Of a DNA stretch of 59,661 nt, positions 9,102 through 18,067 are shown one piece after another. The stretch spans positions 1 to 59,661 of IMG/VR virus record IMGVR_UViG_3300049173_000082. One strand, 5' to 3'. A program made the position numbers and the translations under genes. Every line of letters begins with the position of its first letter. Positions within the stretch are counted from its first letter, which is position 1. The stretch comes from a virus. Taxonomy: Duplodnaviria; Caudoviricetes. The notes beneath the pieces are model-generated. The model saw only the letters and a list, made by a program, of their open reading frames with translations, had not been told where the DNA came from and searched no databases.

Positions 9102-9979
9102 CAGGTCACCTCGACCTTCTCGTGCGTATCCAACGGCTTCAGCTCGCGCTGGATCTCGACCGCGAGGTTGTAGGCCTCACGCGCCGGCTGCTCGACGTAC
9201 TTCTTCCACGGCGTTGTGTCGGGTGCGTCGGGGAACGGCTTGTCCAGCACTGGTTTTGCGACGAGGCACTTCTTGGCCAGCGTGCGCAGTTTGTCCTCCG
9301 CGTCGGTCAGGAGGCTCCGCAGCACCACCACCCGCTCGTCGGGGGTGTACGTGGCGCCGACTTCGATCTCGACGGCCGGCAACGCACCGGGCGCCTCCTT
9401 CTCGCACAGCTCGCCGATCCAGGACGCCACGTCTTCTTCCCAGCGGCACGGCGGGAGACCCCAGCGTGCGCAGTCGTGGTCCTCGTCTTCGGCGTGCGGG
9501 CAGGTGTCGCCGCAGCCGCAGGTGTCGTACACCTGCCACCAGCGCACCGGCTCGTCATCCGACAGCAACGACAGATCCGGCGTTTCCTTGTGCACCATGA
9601 CGAAGTGCGCCCGCACTGCGGCCAATGCCTGCTCTGGGTCGTCGGTGAACGCGACGAGGTTGGAGCCCTCGACCACACCGTCACCGAGCTCGGCGACCTT
9701 GATGCCGCCGTACTCCTGCGCGGTGATCTCGTCGAGGCGCAGCACACCGGGCGGTAGCACCGGTTCCCACGGCGTGGTGGTGACCGTGTGCTGCATCAGC
9801 TCGCCGCGCGCGCCGCGCCCGATACCGTGCGGCGGATCCTCGTCGAGCAACGCCTGAAGGTAGGCGGCGCTAGACCCGGGCATCGCGTAGGAGACGCCGC
9901 CGCTTACCCACCACCAGCGGATGCAGTACTCAGTGCGCCGCTCGCCCTCGTTCGGCATGACGATCGGCTCGGTGCTCAC
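9098..9979 (-). CDS. Hypothetical phage protein
   Basis: 293 aa coupled ORF with a Cys/His cluster. Confidence 0.75.
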   Translation of the reverse strand: MSTEPIVMPNEGERRTEYCIRWWWVSGGVSYAMPGSSAAYLQALLDEDPPHGIGRGARGELMQHTVTTTPWEPVLPPGVLRLDEITAQEYGGIKVAELGDGVVEGSNLVAFTDDPEQALAAVRAHFVMVHKETPDLSLLSDDEPVRWWQVYDTCGCGDTCPHAEDEDHDCARWGLPPCRWEEDVASWIGELCEKEAPGALPAVEIEVGATYTPDERVVVLRSLLTDAEDKLRTLAKKCLVAKPVLDKPFPDAPDTTPWKKYVEQPAREAYNLAVEIQRELKPLDTHEKVEVTW

Positions 9980-10227
9980 GCGACACCGTCTTCGAGTTCG
10001 TCGGCCAGCTCGTCGAGGCGAGTGGCGTCGAGGTACTCGGACTCGCTGCCGCCGAACTCCTCCAGCGTGGAGGTGGCGAGCTCGCGGAGCACGCGACCGA
10101 CGACCTTGCGGGCCACACGTTCCTTGTCGTCGGGGTCGTCGATGTGGTTCAGGTGCGGGTCGAGCTCGTGGCGAGCCCCGGCGACGAGGCTGATCGGGGT
10201 TCCTTCGAGCTCAGTCAGGTTGCTCAT
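9976..10227 (-). CDS. Hypothetical protein
   Basis: 83 aa, RBS ggagga. Confidence 0.75.
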   Translation of the reverse strand: MSNLTELEGTPISLVAGARHELDPHLNHIDDPDDKERVARKVVGRVLRELATSTLEEFGGSESEYLDATRLDELADELEDGVA

Positions 10228-10254
10228 GGTGTCCTCCGTGGACGGTTGGGATGG

Positions 10255-10890
10255 TCAGGTGGTGAGCTCGGCGAACAGGTCGAGCTGCACGGGCTTCTCG
10301 ATCGGCGGTTCGGCTGGCGCAGACGATCTGGGGTGTGGGCTTTCGTCCACCGGGTACGGGGCGGTGGACATGTGCTCCAAGGGCTCCGCGTGCGTTACTA
10401 CTCGCAGGGCGGCGATCGCGTGGTCCATGTAGGCCAGCGAGGTAGCCAGCTTGCTTGTGGCTTGGCCGTCGTTTCGGCGCCCATCCGCCAGTGCGTCGCC
10501 CTTGTGCGTGATGTCGACGATTTCGTAGCCCTCGTCGCGCAACGCGCGAACGGCGTCGAACGGGGTGTGGTCCTCCAGCCACCGCACCGCGTGCACCGCG
10601 TGCGTCATCGGCACCGACACCGGTTTGCCGTGCCGGAACACCTGGACCAGTCGTGAGGGAACAGGTTCGACCCACAGGCCGAGCCGATCGGTGTGAATGC
10701 CGACCAGGTCAAACGGCGGCTCGTACCGCAGGGCCGCGGTCACACCGTCCGGCTCAAGGATCTGCACGCGGCCGTCGAGCACGCGCACGAGCCGTACCTC
10801 GCCGCCGATCTTCATCATCAGGCCGCTGGTCCTGACCTCGGGCATGACCATCTCGACCGTCTCGCCCATGGCGACGCGAAGGCGCTTCAT
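10255..10890 (-). CDS. Hypothetical protein
   Basis: 211 aa, ATGA-coupled to the methyltransferase. Confidence 0.65.
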   Translation of the reverse strand: MKRLRVAMGETVEMVMPEVRTSGLMMKIGGEVRLVRVLDGRVQILEPDGVTAALRYEPPFDLVGIHTDRLGLWVEPVPSRLVQVFRHGKPVSVPMTHAVHAVRWLEDHTPFDAVRALRDEGYEIVDITHKGDALADGRRNDGQATSKLATSLAYMDHAIAALRVVTHAEPLEHMSTAPYPVDESPHPRSSAPAEPPIEKPVQLDLFAELTT

Positions 10891-12002
10891 GCCGCATACC
10901 TCGCTTCAAAGCTGCACAGCCACCGCAACGCGGCGATGCCTTGCTGCGGCACAACACCGTTGCCGAGCAGCCGCAGCATCTGCGAACGCGACAATCCGGG
11001 AACGTCGGTGACCCAGCCGGCCGGGAGGCCCATCAGCCACTCAACGAACCACGGACTCAGGACGGGTCCACCGTTTCGTCCGAGGACGGTTGGTTCAGGG
11101 GCAGTCCGGCCGAGGATGGACTCCCAGCGACGGATGGCGGGCTCGAACTGTCCCCAGTCCACGTCCGGGCCAGACTGGACAGCGACGGCCTCACTGCCGC
11201 TCCAGCACTCGGCGACTGATTGTTCCCGTACGCCGTCGCAGTCGGCGTCGGCAACAACGCACCGATCAGCGTCGGGTTGCCGCCAGCGAAGTTCAGGCTC
11301 GACCTCTCCGCGTCTGCGGACATTGGTGTTGGCAGCAGGTTCTCCACCACGCCCGGTAGGAGAAGCCCGGTCCTGGTCGTCTTCCTGCCGTGGGTCGCAT
11401 CCGGTGTCGGCAGCAGGTGCACCGCCGACGGCAACATCAGATCCCCGGACGATCCCCGCTGATTGGGCCCGCCCTTCGTCCCATCCGTTGCCCGCGGAGT
11501 TGGGAGTAGCTCCGCGGGCAACGGATGGGACGGCGAGACCGAACCAGCGGTCACGGCGGTGGGGAGCCCCGATGTCGGCAGCTCGTAGGCAAGTCCACCG
11601 GAGGTCATACCCGAGCGCGGCCAAGTCGGCGACGACTCGATCAAGTCCTCGAACAAGGAGTGCTGAAACGTTCTCCAGCACGACGTGTCGGGGTCGTAGT
11701 ACGCGAATGGCGTCGACAACGTGGGACCAGAGGCCACTGTGCGTCCCTTCGATCCCGGCGCGTTCGCCGGCGTTGCTGATGTCCGTGCACGGAAAACCGG
11801 CGGCGAGCAGGTCGACGAGTTCGACCTGCTCCCAGTCGACGGCGGTGATGTCGCCGAGGTTCGGCACGTCCGGGTGGCGGTGCTGCAGGAGCTTCACGGC
11901 GGACGGGTGGTTGTCGCACACCCAGGCGAGCTCGCCGCCGAACACGGCGCGAGCCGCAGAATCCAGTCCGCCGTAGCCGGTGAACAGGCTGCCGATCTTC
12001 AC
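10887..12002 (-). CDS. DNA (cytosine-5) methyltransferase
   Basis: SLFTGYGG (motif I), GFPCTDIS (IV), LENV (VI), APHRRDRW (VIII), FVEWLMG (IX), LLGNGVVP (X); GTG start at 12002. Confidence 0.92.
   Translation of the reverse strand: MKIGSLFTGYGGLDSAARAVFGGELAWVCDNHPSAVKLLQHRHPDVPNLGDITAVDWEQVELVDLLAAGFPCTDISNAGERAGIEGTHSGLWSHVVDAIRVLRPRHVVLENVSALLVRGLDRVVADLAALGYDLRWTCLRAADIGAPHRRDRWFGLAVPSVARGATPNSAGNGWDEGRAQSAGIVRGSDVAVGGAPAADTGCDPRQEDDQDRASPTGRGGEPAANTNVRRRGEVEPELRWRQPDADRCVVADADCDGVREQSVAECWSGSEAVAVQSGPDVDWGQFEPAIRRWESILGRTAPEPTVLGRNGGPVLSPWFVEWLMGLPAGWVTDVPGLSRSQMLRLLGNGVVPQQGIAALRWLCSFEARYAA
11057..11737 (-). CDS. Nested alternative-frame ORF inside the methyltransferase (LLPTP repeats; possible second subunit/target recognition part)
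   Basis: Four LLPTPxA repeats, SCWRT...TWPRSGMT motif; GTG preceded by GAAGGGA (complement of 11744-11750). Confidence 0.6.
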   Translation of the reverse strand: MASGPTLSTPFAYYDPDTSCWRTFQHSLFEDLIESSPTWPRSGMTSGGLAYELPTSGLPTAVTAGSVSPSHPLPAELLPTPRATDGTKGGPNQRGSSGDLMLPSAVHLLPTPDATHGRKTTRTGLLLPGVVENLLPTPMSADAERSSLNFAGGNPTLIGALLPTPTATAYGNNQSPSAGAAVRPSLSSLARTWTGDSSSPPSVAGSPSSAGLPLNQPSSDETVDPS

Positions 12003-12151
12003 CGGGTGCTCACCTGGCTTTCGTGGACGGTGAAGCCGACCTGACTGTTGGGTGGCACGACCTCTACCCAGCCGTCGGTCTTCTCGACGAACTCCAGCGG
12101 GACGTCGGCGACGGTGACGAGCTCGCCTCGGCGGTCGCGGTCCTCGGTCAT
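11999..12151 (-). CDS. Small hypothetical protein (50 aa)
   Basis: MTEDRDRRGELVTV...; 4-nt overlaps at both ends. Confidence 0.6.
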   Translation of the reverse strand: MTEDRDRRGELVTVADVPLEFVEKTDGWVEVVPPNSQVGFTVHESQVSTR

Positions 12152-13050
12152 GCGGCAGCCTCCGCCCAGTACGGCAAATACATGCCTTCAGGTGGGAATG
12201 GCTGGTAGTGCGTGGACGGCAGGTCCAGCACGCGGGCCCGCCACTGCAGGGCGTAGGGCAGGCAGTTGGCGCAGTTCTTCGCTTCGCGCGGGTGGACGGA
12301 GTCGCACAGCTTGAGTCGGCCGCCGTGCTTGCGTGCGGCCTTGCGCGCATCGTCGGACCAGGCGAGTGAGTCCGCGGTCGTGGCCAGATGCCCGAACTTC
12401 TTCAGCGCCTGGGTTTTGCCGCCGAAGATGTGCAGCGGCATGTCCGGGTCGGTCTCAAGGATCGCGGTGAGGACGTCGCCGATCTCGTTGATGTCGTCGC
12501 GCCGGCAAATGCTGCCAACGCCGATCAGCGGGTACCTGGACAGGTCGACGCCAGCGGCGGCGTACATCTCCTTGCACAGCACGTACTGCTCAGGCTCGTC
12601 GCCTTGCAACGCGGGCATGATCGGCGACTCGTCGTCGGTGCGGTCGTACCAGAGGTGCTCGCAGCGCTTGAAGTTCGCGACGGTGCGTTCCTGGTGCAGG
12701 TGCCGCTGATAGTCCAGGCTGCGCTCAGGTCGGCCGGTGAGGGCGGCTTCGACAGCGGCGGCTTTCGCCAGCTGGTCGCGTTCGCACATCGAGTCCTGCG
12801 GTGCAGCCCACTCGAGGTTGCCGATCTGCAGGTCGTACTGGCGTACGGCGGCGACGTAGTCCTCGGGGCTGATGGTCCAGCGGCCGTGTTTTTGGATCTC
12901 GCTGAAGCCGCCGCTGTCCAACGCCCAACCGGTGAGGGCGCGCGGGAAGGTGCGACGCCCTGTGAGGCGGGTGTGGGAGACGAACAGGGGCACGCCTGCG
13001 GCGGCGAGCCAGTGCGGCATGTGGGCGCCGAGGTAGAACTTGCTCAGCAT
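12148..13050 (-). CDS. DpdA/queuine tRNA-ribosyltransferase-like (DUF7221-type) DNA base-exchange protein
   Basis: FYLGAHMPHWL, WALDSGGFSE, WAAPQDSMCE, PALQG, IGVGSICRR, LHIFGGK, TADSLAWS, C-terminal H..CANC. Confidence 0.78.
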   Translation of the reverse strand: MLSKFYLGAHMPHWLAAAGVPLFVSHTRLTGRRTFPRALTGWALDSGGFSEIQKHGRWTISPEDYVAAVRQYDLQIGNLEWAAPQDSMCERDQLAKAAAVEAALTGRPERSLDYQRHLHQERTVANFKRCEHLWYDRTDDESPIMPALQGDEPEQYVLCKEMYAAAGVDLSRYPLIGVGSICRRDDINEIGDVLTAILETDPDMPLHIFGGKTQALKKFGHLATTADSLAWSDDARKAARKHGGRLKLCDSVHPREAKNCANCLPYALQWRARVLDLPSTHYQPFPPEGMYLPYWAEAAA

Positions 13051-13099
13051 CGGGTCACCTCCGCGCGGTCGCGGTCCTTGTCGTGCACCTCGGGCGCGG

Positions 13100-13633
13100 T
13101 CACGAGAGGTCCAGTTCAGCCGCGAGCTGCTTGGCGGCCTTGGCACAACGAGTGCACTCGGCAACCTGGTACAGCCAGCCCTTGCGGCCGTCCCACGCCC
13201 AGGTGGTCCTGTCGCACAGCGCGGTCACCTGCTTGCCACCGCTGAACTTCAGACCCTCGGTGTAGTCGCCGGGCACAATGTGCTTGCGGCGGCGGCTCGG
13301 CGTCTGGTCGGCGTCGATGACCCAGCCGTGCCCGTCGGGAACTGGCGTGCGCTCGACGCCCCACACAGGGGTGTGCGGGCACTTCGTGTTGATGAGCTCG
13401 CGGACCTTGCTGCGGAGACCGAGGCGCATCGTGAAGCCGAGGTCGGCCTGCTGCTTGCGCAGTGCCGCGTTCGGGTAGAGGTCCTTGAATGCCTCGTCTT
13501 CGGTGGCGAGGAGGCCGTCGTGGTCGACGGTGCAGGTGACGCCGCAGCAGCAGCCGCAGGGCGCGTAGTGGTACCAGGAAGCGTCGTCGGGGTCGACGAG
13601 CTGGCCGTCGATCTCGAACTTGATCGCGCTCAT
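13100..13633 (-). CDS. Cys-rich hypothetical protein
   Basis: MSAIKFEIDG...APCGCCCG...ECTRC. Confidence 0.7.
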   Translation of the reverse strand: MSAIKFEIDGQLVDPDDASWYHYAPCGCCCGVTCTVDHDGLLATEDEAFKDLYPNAALRKQQADLGFTMRLGLRSKVRELINTKCPHTPVWGVERTPVPDGHGWVIDADQTPSRRRKHIVPGDYTEGLKFSGGKQVTALCDRTTWAWDGRKGWLYQVAECTRCAKAAKQLAAELDLS

Positions 13634-14346
13634 GCGGGCACCTCGGTGGACTCGGGCAGCTCGACCGTCAATGGGGCGCGGTGGGCGTCGTACTGCGCGA
13701 TGCCCCAGACGATTGCGTTGCACGCCCACAGGAACCACCAGTCGTAGTCGCGGGTGGTTACGTCGAAGGTGTCGACGAACTCGAAGTCGGGACGCTTCGC
13801 GGGCCAGGCGTATTCGTCGCTGTCGTTGGCCCAGAAGCGGAAGCTGTCGACGAGCTGCCGGTCGATCGACTCGTCACCGATCAGCTCGTCGAGGATGCTG
13901 TCGCGTACGGCGTCGGGAAGGCCGGCGAGGGTTTCGGGGTCGTGCTTGACGGCCTCGGCGACGGTCTCGTTGACGTACTCGGCGAGCAGGTCCTGCTGGT
14001 AGCTCGTAGCCTGGTCCTGGCCGCCGACGCCGACGAGCTTCTCGGACCAGTAGCCGGGGTTGATGTGGGCGCCGCCGGGCTGGCGGAAGAACTCGAACAT
14101 GTCCTCCAGGCGGCGGAACATGTAGCTCTCACCATCGCCCTGGAAGACCAGGGCACCGGGGATGGTGACCAGGTCGAACCAGTAGCAGGAGCGCTTGACC
14201 GGCTTCAACAGCGGCGGGTGCCACTGCTCGTGCTGGAACCTGAGGTGGCGGTAGAGACCGTCGTCGTGCAGGACGGTCATCTTGTGGTGCTTGGTGTCGC
14301 GCGCGAACCTGGCCATCGACTCGGGGTACGGGTACTTGTCAGCCAC
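13630..14346 (-). CDS. Conserved phage hypothetical protein
   Basis: HKMTVLHDDGLYRHLRF...YWFDLVT...INPGYWSEKL. Confidence 0.8.
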   Translation of the reverse strand: MADKYPYPESMARFARDTKHHKMTVLHDDGLYRHLRFQHEQWHPPLLKPVKRSCYWFDLVTIPGALVFQGDGESYMFRRLEDMFEFFRQPGGAHINPGYWSEKLVGVGGQDQATSYQQDLLAEYVNETVAEAVKHDPETLAGLPDAVRDSILDELIGDESIDRQLVDSFRFWANDSDEYAWPAKRPDFEFVDTFDVTTRDYDWWFLWACNAIVWGIAQYDAHRAPLTVELPESTEVPA

Positions 14347-14848
14347 GGTCGTTCTCCATGGTGGTGCAGCGGCCCATCGCGCAGCGGATCGCGTGTTCCT
14401 GGCGCTCGAGGAACTGGTCGGCGAGGGCGAGTTGTTCGTCGTCGGTGCGGCGGTTCCAGGCGTCGACGAGTTCGCGGGCGCTCGGGTACCGGGCGGGGTC
14501 GGGGCTGGCGGTGAGGCGGCGGATCTCTTCGAGGAGTGGGGAGATCGTGGCGGCGATCAGGTCGTGGATGACCTCGGTGCCGACGCGGTAGGTGCCGCCG
14601 AGCATCGCCTCGTCCAGGTCCTCAGGAACAGCGGCCCATGCGGCCCAGCTGCCAACGCCGGATGCTTTGGCGTAGGCGTCGAGGGCGACGATCAGCCACT
14701 GCTTGTCGAGCGGGGTGGGCTTGCAGCAGGTGCAGGCGCCGGGGCACATTTGGCAGCCGGTGCAGTGCTCGAAGTCGGGCTCACCGCAGAGCGGGATACC
14801 AGCAGCGGCGCGGGAGTTCAGGCACTCCAACGGGTCCGGGGCGGTCAC
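14339..14848 (-). CDS. Hypothetical protein (Cys-rich N-terminus)
   Basis: 169 aa coupled ORF. Confidence 0.7.
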   Translation of the reverse strand: MTAPDPLECLNSRAAAGIPLCGEPDFEHCTGCQMCPGACTCCKPTPLDKQWLIVALDAYAKASGVGSWAAWAAVPEDLDEAMLGGTYRVGTEVIHDLIAATISPLLEEIRRLTASPDPARYPSARELVDAWNRRTDDEQLALADQFLERQEHAIRCAMGRCTTMENDRG

Positions 14849-15204
14849 GGACGCACCGCCTCGTCATAGCCCTCCCAGTTGTCGACGCCCGCTGCGTGCA
14901 GTGCGCCGAGTTCCTCGTCCGCCTTGGTGAGGCGTTCGTAGTCCGCGCGGGAGATCGTCACGGTTTCGGAGGCGGGCTCGTCAACGTCGATGTCGCGGCC
15001 GTCGACCGTCAGGCCGGTCAACTCTCCGGCCTCCGGGTCGGAGATGTTGTGTGCGCACTGATGGCACAGGCTGGTGTCGAGGTACTCGCCGGATGCTTCC
15101 TCGACCGCTTCCGCGATCTCCTGGTCGGTCATGCCCTCGACGTCGAGCTCGAACTCGACTGCGGTTCCGCCGTACACCGCGAATGCGGCGATGATCGTGC
15201 TCAT
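14845..15204 (-). CDS. Hypothetical protein
   Basis: SLCHQCA and LHAAGVDNWEGY motifs seen in phage proteins. Confidence 0.7.
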   Translation of the reverse strand: MSTIIAAFAVYGGTAVEFELDVEGMTDQEIAEAVEEASGEYLDTSLCHQCAHNISDPEAGELTGLTVDGRDIDVDEPASETVTISRADYERLTKADEELGALHAAGVDNWEGYDEAVRP

Positions 15205-15626
15205 GACTGCGTCGCCTTGGTGTCGACCGCGGGCACGTCGCCGACCTGGACGCGACGCAACGCGTGCACCGTCACCTCGGGGCGACTGAGGACGTAGGCG
15301 ACGGTGCTGTTGTCGTACAGCCCGGTGTAGACCTTCGTGGGGCGGCCGTTGATCTGTCCGTAGATGGTGACGTGGGCGTACTTCCTGGTGTCGACGGTGG
15401 CCTCGAATGCCCGAACCTTGGCGTTGTCGATCAGGTAGAACCAGGCGATGAGGGACCCAGCGACAGTGGCGTCCTGCGGGTCCCAGCTGTGGGCGGTGAC
15501 CTGTGCGCCGTCGTCGGAGATGGTGCAAATCTCGCCGAGCTTGTCGCCGTGCCGGTGGATGAAGCTCACGACGTCCTCGGTGGCGGCGAGGCGGTTGAGG
15601 GTGGTCTGGTTGCGGACGGCGGTCAT
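15201..15626 (-). CDS. Hypothetical protein
   Basis: 141 aa coupled ORF. Confidence 0.7.
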   Translation of the reverse strand: MTAVRNQTTLNRLAATEDVVSFIHRHGDKLGEICTISDDGAQVTAHSWDPQDATVAGSLIAWFYLIDNAKVRAFEATVDTRKYAHVTIYGQINGRPTKVYTGLYDNSTVAYVLSRPEVTVHALRRVQVGDVPAVDTKATQS

Positions 15627-15922
15627 CGGGTTTCTCCGGTGTCGGTGTCGTCGATGCGGGTGACGGGCTGGATGCGGAGGTCCATGGCGAAGTCCTTGGG
15701 CCCCAAGCCGTTGTTCGGGCTACGGCCGCCGATCTCCTCGTCGAAGATCTGGTTGGTGTGGTGGTGGGCGAGCCAGAAGCCGCAGGCAGCGAGAAAGACG
15801 GCGATGACCGCGGTCGTGATGCCGAGAACGAGAAGCGCGCGGGCCCAGTCGGCGTCGAGGGCGATGAAGGTGGGGACGCCGAGGCCGATGGCGGCGGGCG
15901 TGTAGATGCTCTGGGCCATCAC
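15623..15922 (-). CDS. Small membrane protein
   Basis: Two hydrophobic segments. Confidence 0.65.
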   Translation of the reverse strand: MMAQSIYTPAAIGLGVPTFIALDADWARALLVLGITTAVIAVFLAACGFWLAHHHTNQIFDEEIGGRSPNNGLGPKDFAMDLRIQPVTRIDDTDTGETR

Positions 15923-16161
15923 GCCACTCCTTGCCGGGTGACAACGTCGACGTCCTGCGGGAGCAGGAAGATGTGGGCGCCGCCGGTGGTGTTGGTGAAT
16001 TCGAGGTAGCCGAAGTGGTCGTCGAGTTCGTAGGCGGCGGTGTAGCGGCCTTCGTGGGTGGCGTAGACGGTGAGGTGGATGCCGGACAAGTCGTGCTTGC
16101 CGACCTTGATGCCGGGGTGGACGCAGACGACATCGCGGGGACGGGCGGGGTGGTCGTTCAT
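15919..16161 (-). CDS. Hypothetical protein
   Basis: 80 aa coupled ORF. Confidence 0.65.
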   Translation of the reverse strand: MNDHPARPRDVVCVHPGIKVGKHDLSGIHLTVYATHEGRYTAAYELDDHFGYLEFTNTTGGAHIFLLPQDVDVVTRQGVA

Positions 16162-16316
16162 CGCCGCCCCCTCACCAAGTCAACGACCGCCTGGGCGGTG
16201 CGGGTGACCGCGGACCACACGGACAGGACGGCGGCCGTCACCGTTGCGGCGAGGAAGTACGCGAGCAGCTGCTCAGCCGAGTTGAGCTCGACGTGGAAGG
16301 TCTGGGCGCGGTTCAT
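16158..16316 (-). CDS. Small membrane peptide (52 aa)
   Basis: MNRAQTFHVELNSAEQLLAYFLAATVTAAVLSVW...; ATGA overlaps. Confidence 0.55.
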   Translation of the reverse strand: MNRAQTFHVELNSAEQLLAYFLAATVTAAVLSVWSAVTRTAQAVVDLVRGRR

Positions 16317-16561
16317 CGGGTGGCTGCCTCTCGGATGACGTCGGCGAGCATGGTCTGGATGTGGTTGTCGCTGGAGGACCAGCAGCCGTGGCGAACGCGC
16401 CAGATGGCGTCTTCGGGGCGGCAGCCAAGCCTGGTGGCGGTTTTCTTCATTTCGCGCCAGCGGCGGTGGGTGGGGCCGAGGACACCGCAGCGGACCAGTT
16501 CGCGGACGGTGTCGATGTCCTTGTCCTGGGCGGTGGGTTGTCTCGGGATGTCGGCGGTCAC
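16313..16561 (-). CDS. Hypothetical protein
   Basis: GTGA-coupled ORF. Confidence 0.6.
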   Translation of the reverse strand: MTADIPRQPTAQDKDIDTVRELVRCGVLGPTHRRWREMKKTATRLGCRPEDAIWRVRHGCWSSSDNHIQTMLADVIREAATR

Positions 16562-16974
16562 AACGCGCCCGCCTTGATCACGTTGATCGCGGTGTCGACG
16601 TCGACCAGGGGCGGGATCGGATCGGCCTCGGCGGCGTTGCGGGCGGCGAGCAGGCGGCTGTTGAGCTTGTCGGCTGGCGCGTCCTCTGGGGTGGCGGAGC
16701 CGAGCTGGTTGAGAAGGCGGTCGTCCGCCTCGATCACGACGTTGGCGTACATGTCGGTGTGGCCGCACGGGTTCGTCCACACCTGGACCCAGTAGTAGGC
16801 GCCGTCGTCGCACTGGTTGAGGCCTTGGGGCTCGCCGCGTTTCTCGCCGCAGACGGGGCAGTGCGCGGAGATCGTGATCGTGCGGGTGACCGGGCGGATC
16901 AAACCCACGCCCCACGCTGCTTCAGCGCTGCGGTCCCGGACAGTGACGGTCATCGTGGCGGTGGTGTTGGTCAT
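16558..16974 (-). CDS. Zn-ribbon hypothetical protein
   Basis: CPVCG...WTNPCGHTDMY; RBS aggag. Confidence 0.7.
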   Translation of the reverse strand: MTNTTATMTVTVRDRSAEAAWGVGLIRPVTRTITISAHCPVCGEKRGEPQGLNQCDDGAYYWVQVWTNPCGHTDMYANVVIEADDRLLNQLGSATPEDAPADKLNSRLLAARNAAEADPIPPLVDVDTAINVIKAGAL

Positions 16975-17013
16975 CGGTGACTCCTGAAGGTGTTGCGGCT
17001 GGGTGGTTTGGGT

Positions 17014-17056
17014 GGTGCCGCGCTGCCCGGTGGGGAAGCACGGACAGCGCGGCACC
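17014..17056 (-). terminator. Stem-loop downstream of whiB
   Basis: ggtgccgcgctg / cagcgcggcacc, 12-bp perfect stem. Confidence 0.55.
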
Positions 17057-17060
17057 GTGC

Positions 17061-17354
17061 TCAGCGGGTGCGGGACCGGGTGCGGCTCTTCGCCTCTCGG
17101 GCGTACGTGCCGATGCGGAACCGCTCCGGCTTGCGGCGCTTGAACGCACGGCGCTCGTCCTCGCTCATCCCGCCCCAGACGCCGGCGTCCTGGCCGGACT
17201 CGATGGCCCAGGCGAGGCAGTCGGAGGCAACGGGGCAGCGGCGGCAGACGGTTTTGGCCTCGGCGATCTGGAGGAGGGCGGGGCCGTCGTTACCGATGGG
17301 GAAGAACAGTTCAGGGTCCTCTTCGCGGCAAACCGCGCGGTGACGCCAGTCCAT
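17061..17354 (-). CDS. whiB: WhiB-family Fe-S transcription factor (WhiB1-like)
   Basis: MDWRHRAVCREEDPELFFPIG...CRRCPVASDCLAWA...GVWGGMSEDERR. Confidence 0.95.
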   Translation of the reverse strand: MDWRHRAVCREEDPELFFPIGNDGPALLQIAEAKTVCRRCPVASDCLAWAIESGQDAGVWGGMSEDERRAFKRRKPERFRIGTYAREAKSRTRSRTR

Positions 17355-17389
17355 GGGTTGTGCTCCTCTCCGCGCAGGCGGCGGGACGG

Positions 17390-17953
17390 TCAAGCGGGGA
17401 TCTCGGTGGCGAGGTGTTCGAGCTGCGCTCGGGTCCATGCGGTGTCGACCGCGGCACGCCAGCCGTCGACCTGCTGCTCGGCGCGTGGGCTGCCAGTGGC
17501 GAGGGCGTCGAGGCGGGCGTGCAGCTCGGCGCGGAGTGCCTCGGTGTGCTGCCGCAGGGCCGCACAGTGCCGGTTGAGTTCGGGGCGCGGGTGGGCGGCG
17601 ACGTAGCGCAGCAGTTCGTCGTCCAGGCCCGCCTTCACAACGACGGCGTGCGGCTTGAGGCGGGCAGCGGCTTCGTCCCACACCTCGTACCAAGGGAAGT
17701 CCCGGGGGCGGCGCTGCATCAGCAGACCGTCCGGGCCGAACACGACCTGGTAGCCGTGTTCGGTCCACACGGTGATCAGGGCCGGTCCGAACAGGACCGT
17801 GGCCGCCGCGTCCAGGGCCGTGCGGTTGTCGTGCACGAAGTCCGCGTCCAACTGGCCGTAGAAGCGTTCCTGGGTCTTCTCATCCAGGTTGCGCCAGGCG
17901 TAGGCCGGGTTGTCGACGACCAAGGTGCTGGTGTGGTGTTCGGTGGCGGTCAT
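17390..17953 (-). CDS. Hypothetical protein
   Basis: 187 aa, first gene after the promoter at 17981-18020. Confidence 0.7.
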   Translation of the reverse strand: MTATEHHTSTLVVDNPAYAWRNLDEKTQERFYGQLDADFVHDNRTALDAAATVLFGPALITVWTEHGYQVVFGPDGLLMQRRPRDFPWYEVWDEAAARLKPHAVVVKAGLDDELLRYVAAHPRPELNRHCAALRQHTEALRAELHARLDALATGSPRAEQQVDGWRAAVDTAWTRAQLEHLATEIPA

Positions 17954-17980
17954 CTGCAGCTCCCTGGCGCTGTGTTCGTA

Positions 17981-18020
17981 GTCGCTACATTATCGCCACA
18001 TCCCGCCACAAACAAGCATT
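17981..18020 (-). promoter_or_regulatory. Leftward sigma70-type promoter (copy 2)
   Basis: Minus strand TTGTTT-N17-TAATGT; 33/40 identical to 24382-24421. Confidence 0.75.
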
Positions 18021-18067
18021 CGTGACACTAAAGTGCCACGGATGCCCGATCGAACTTCCTCGCTCCC

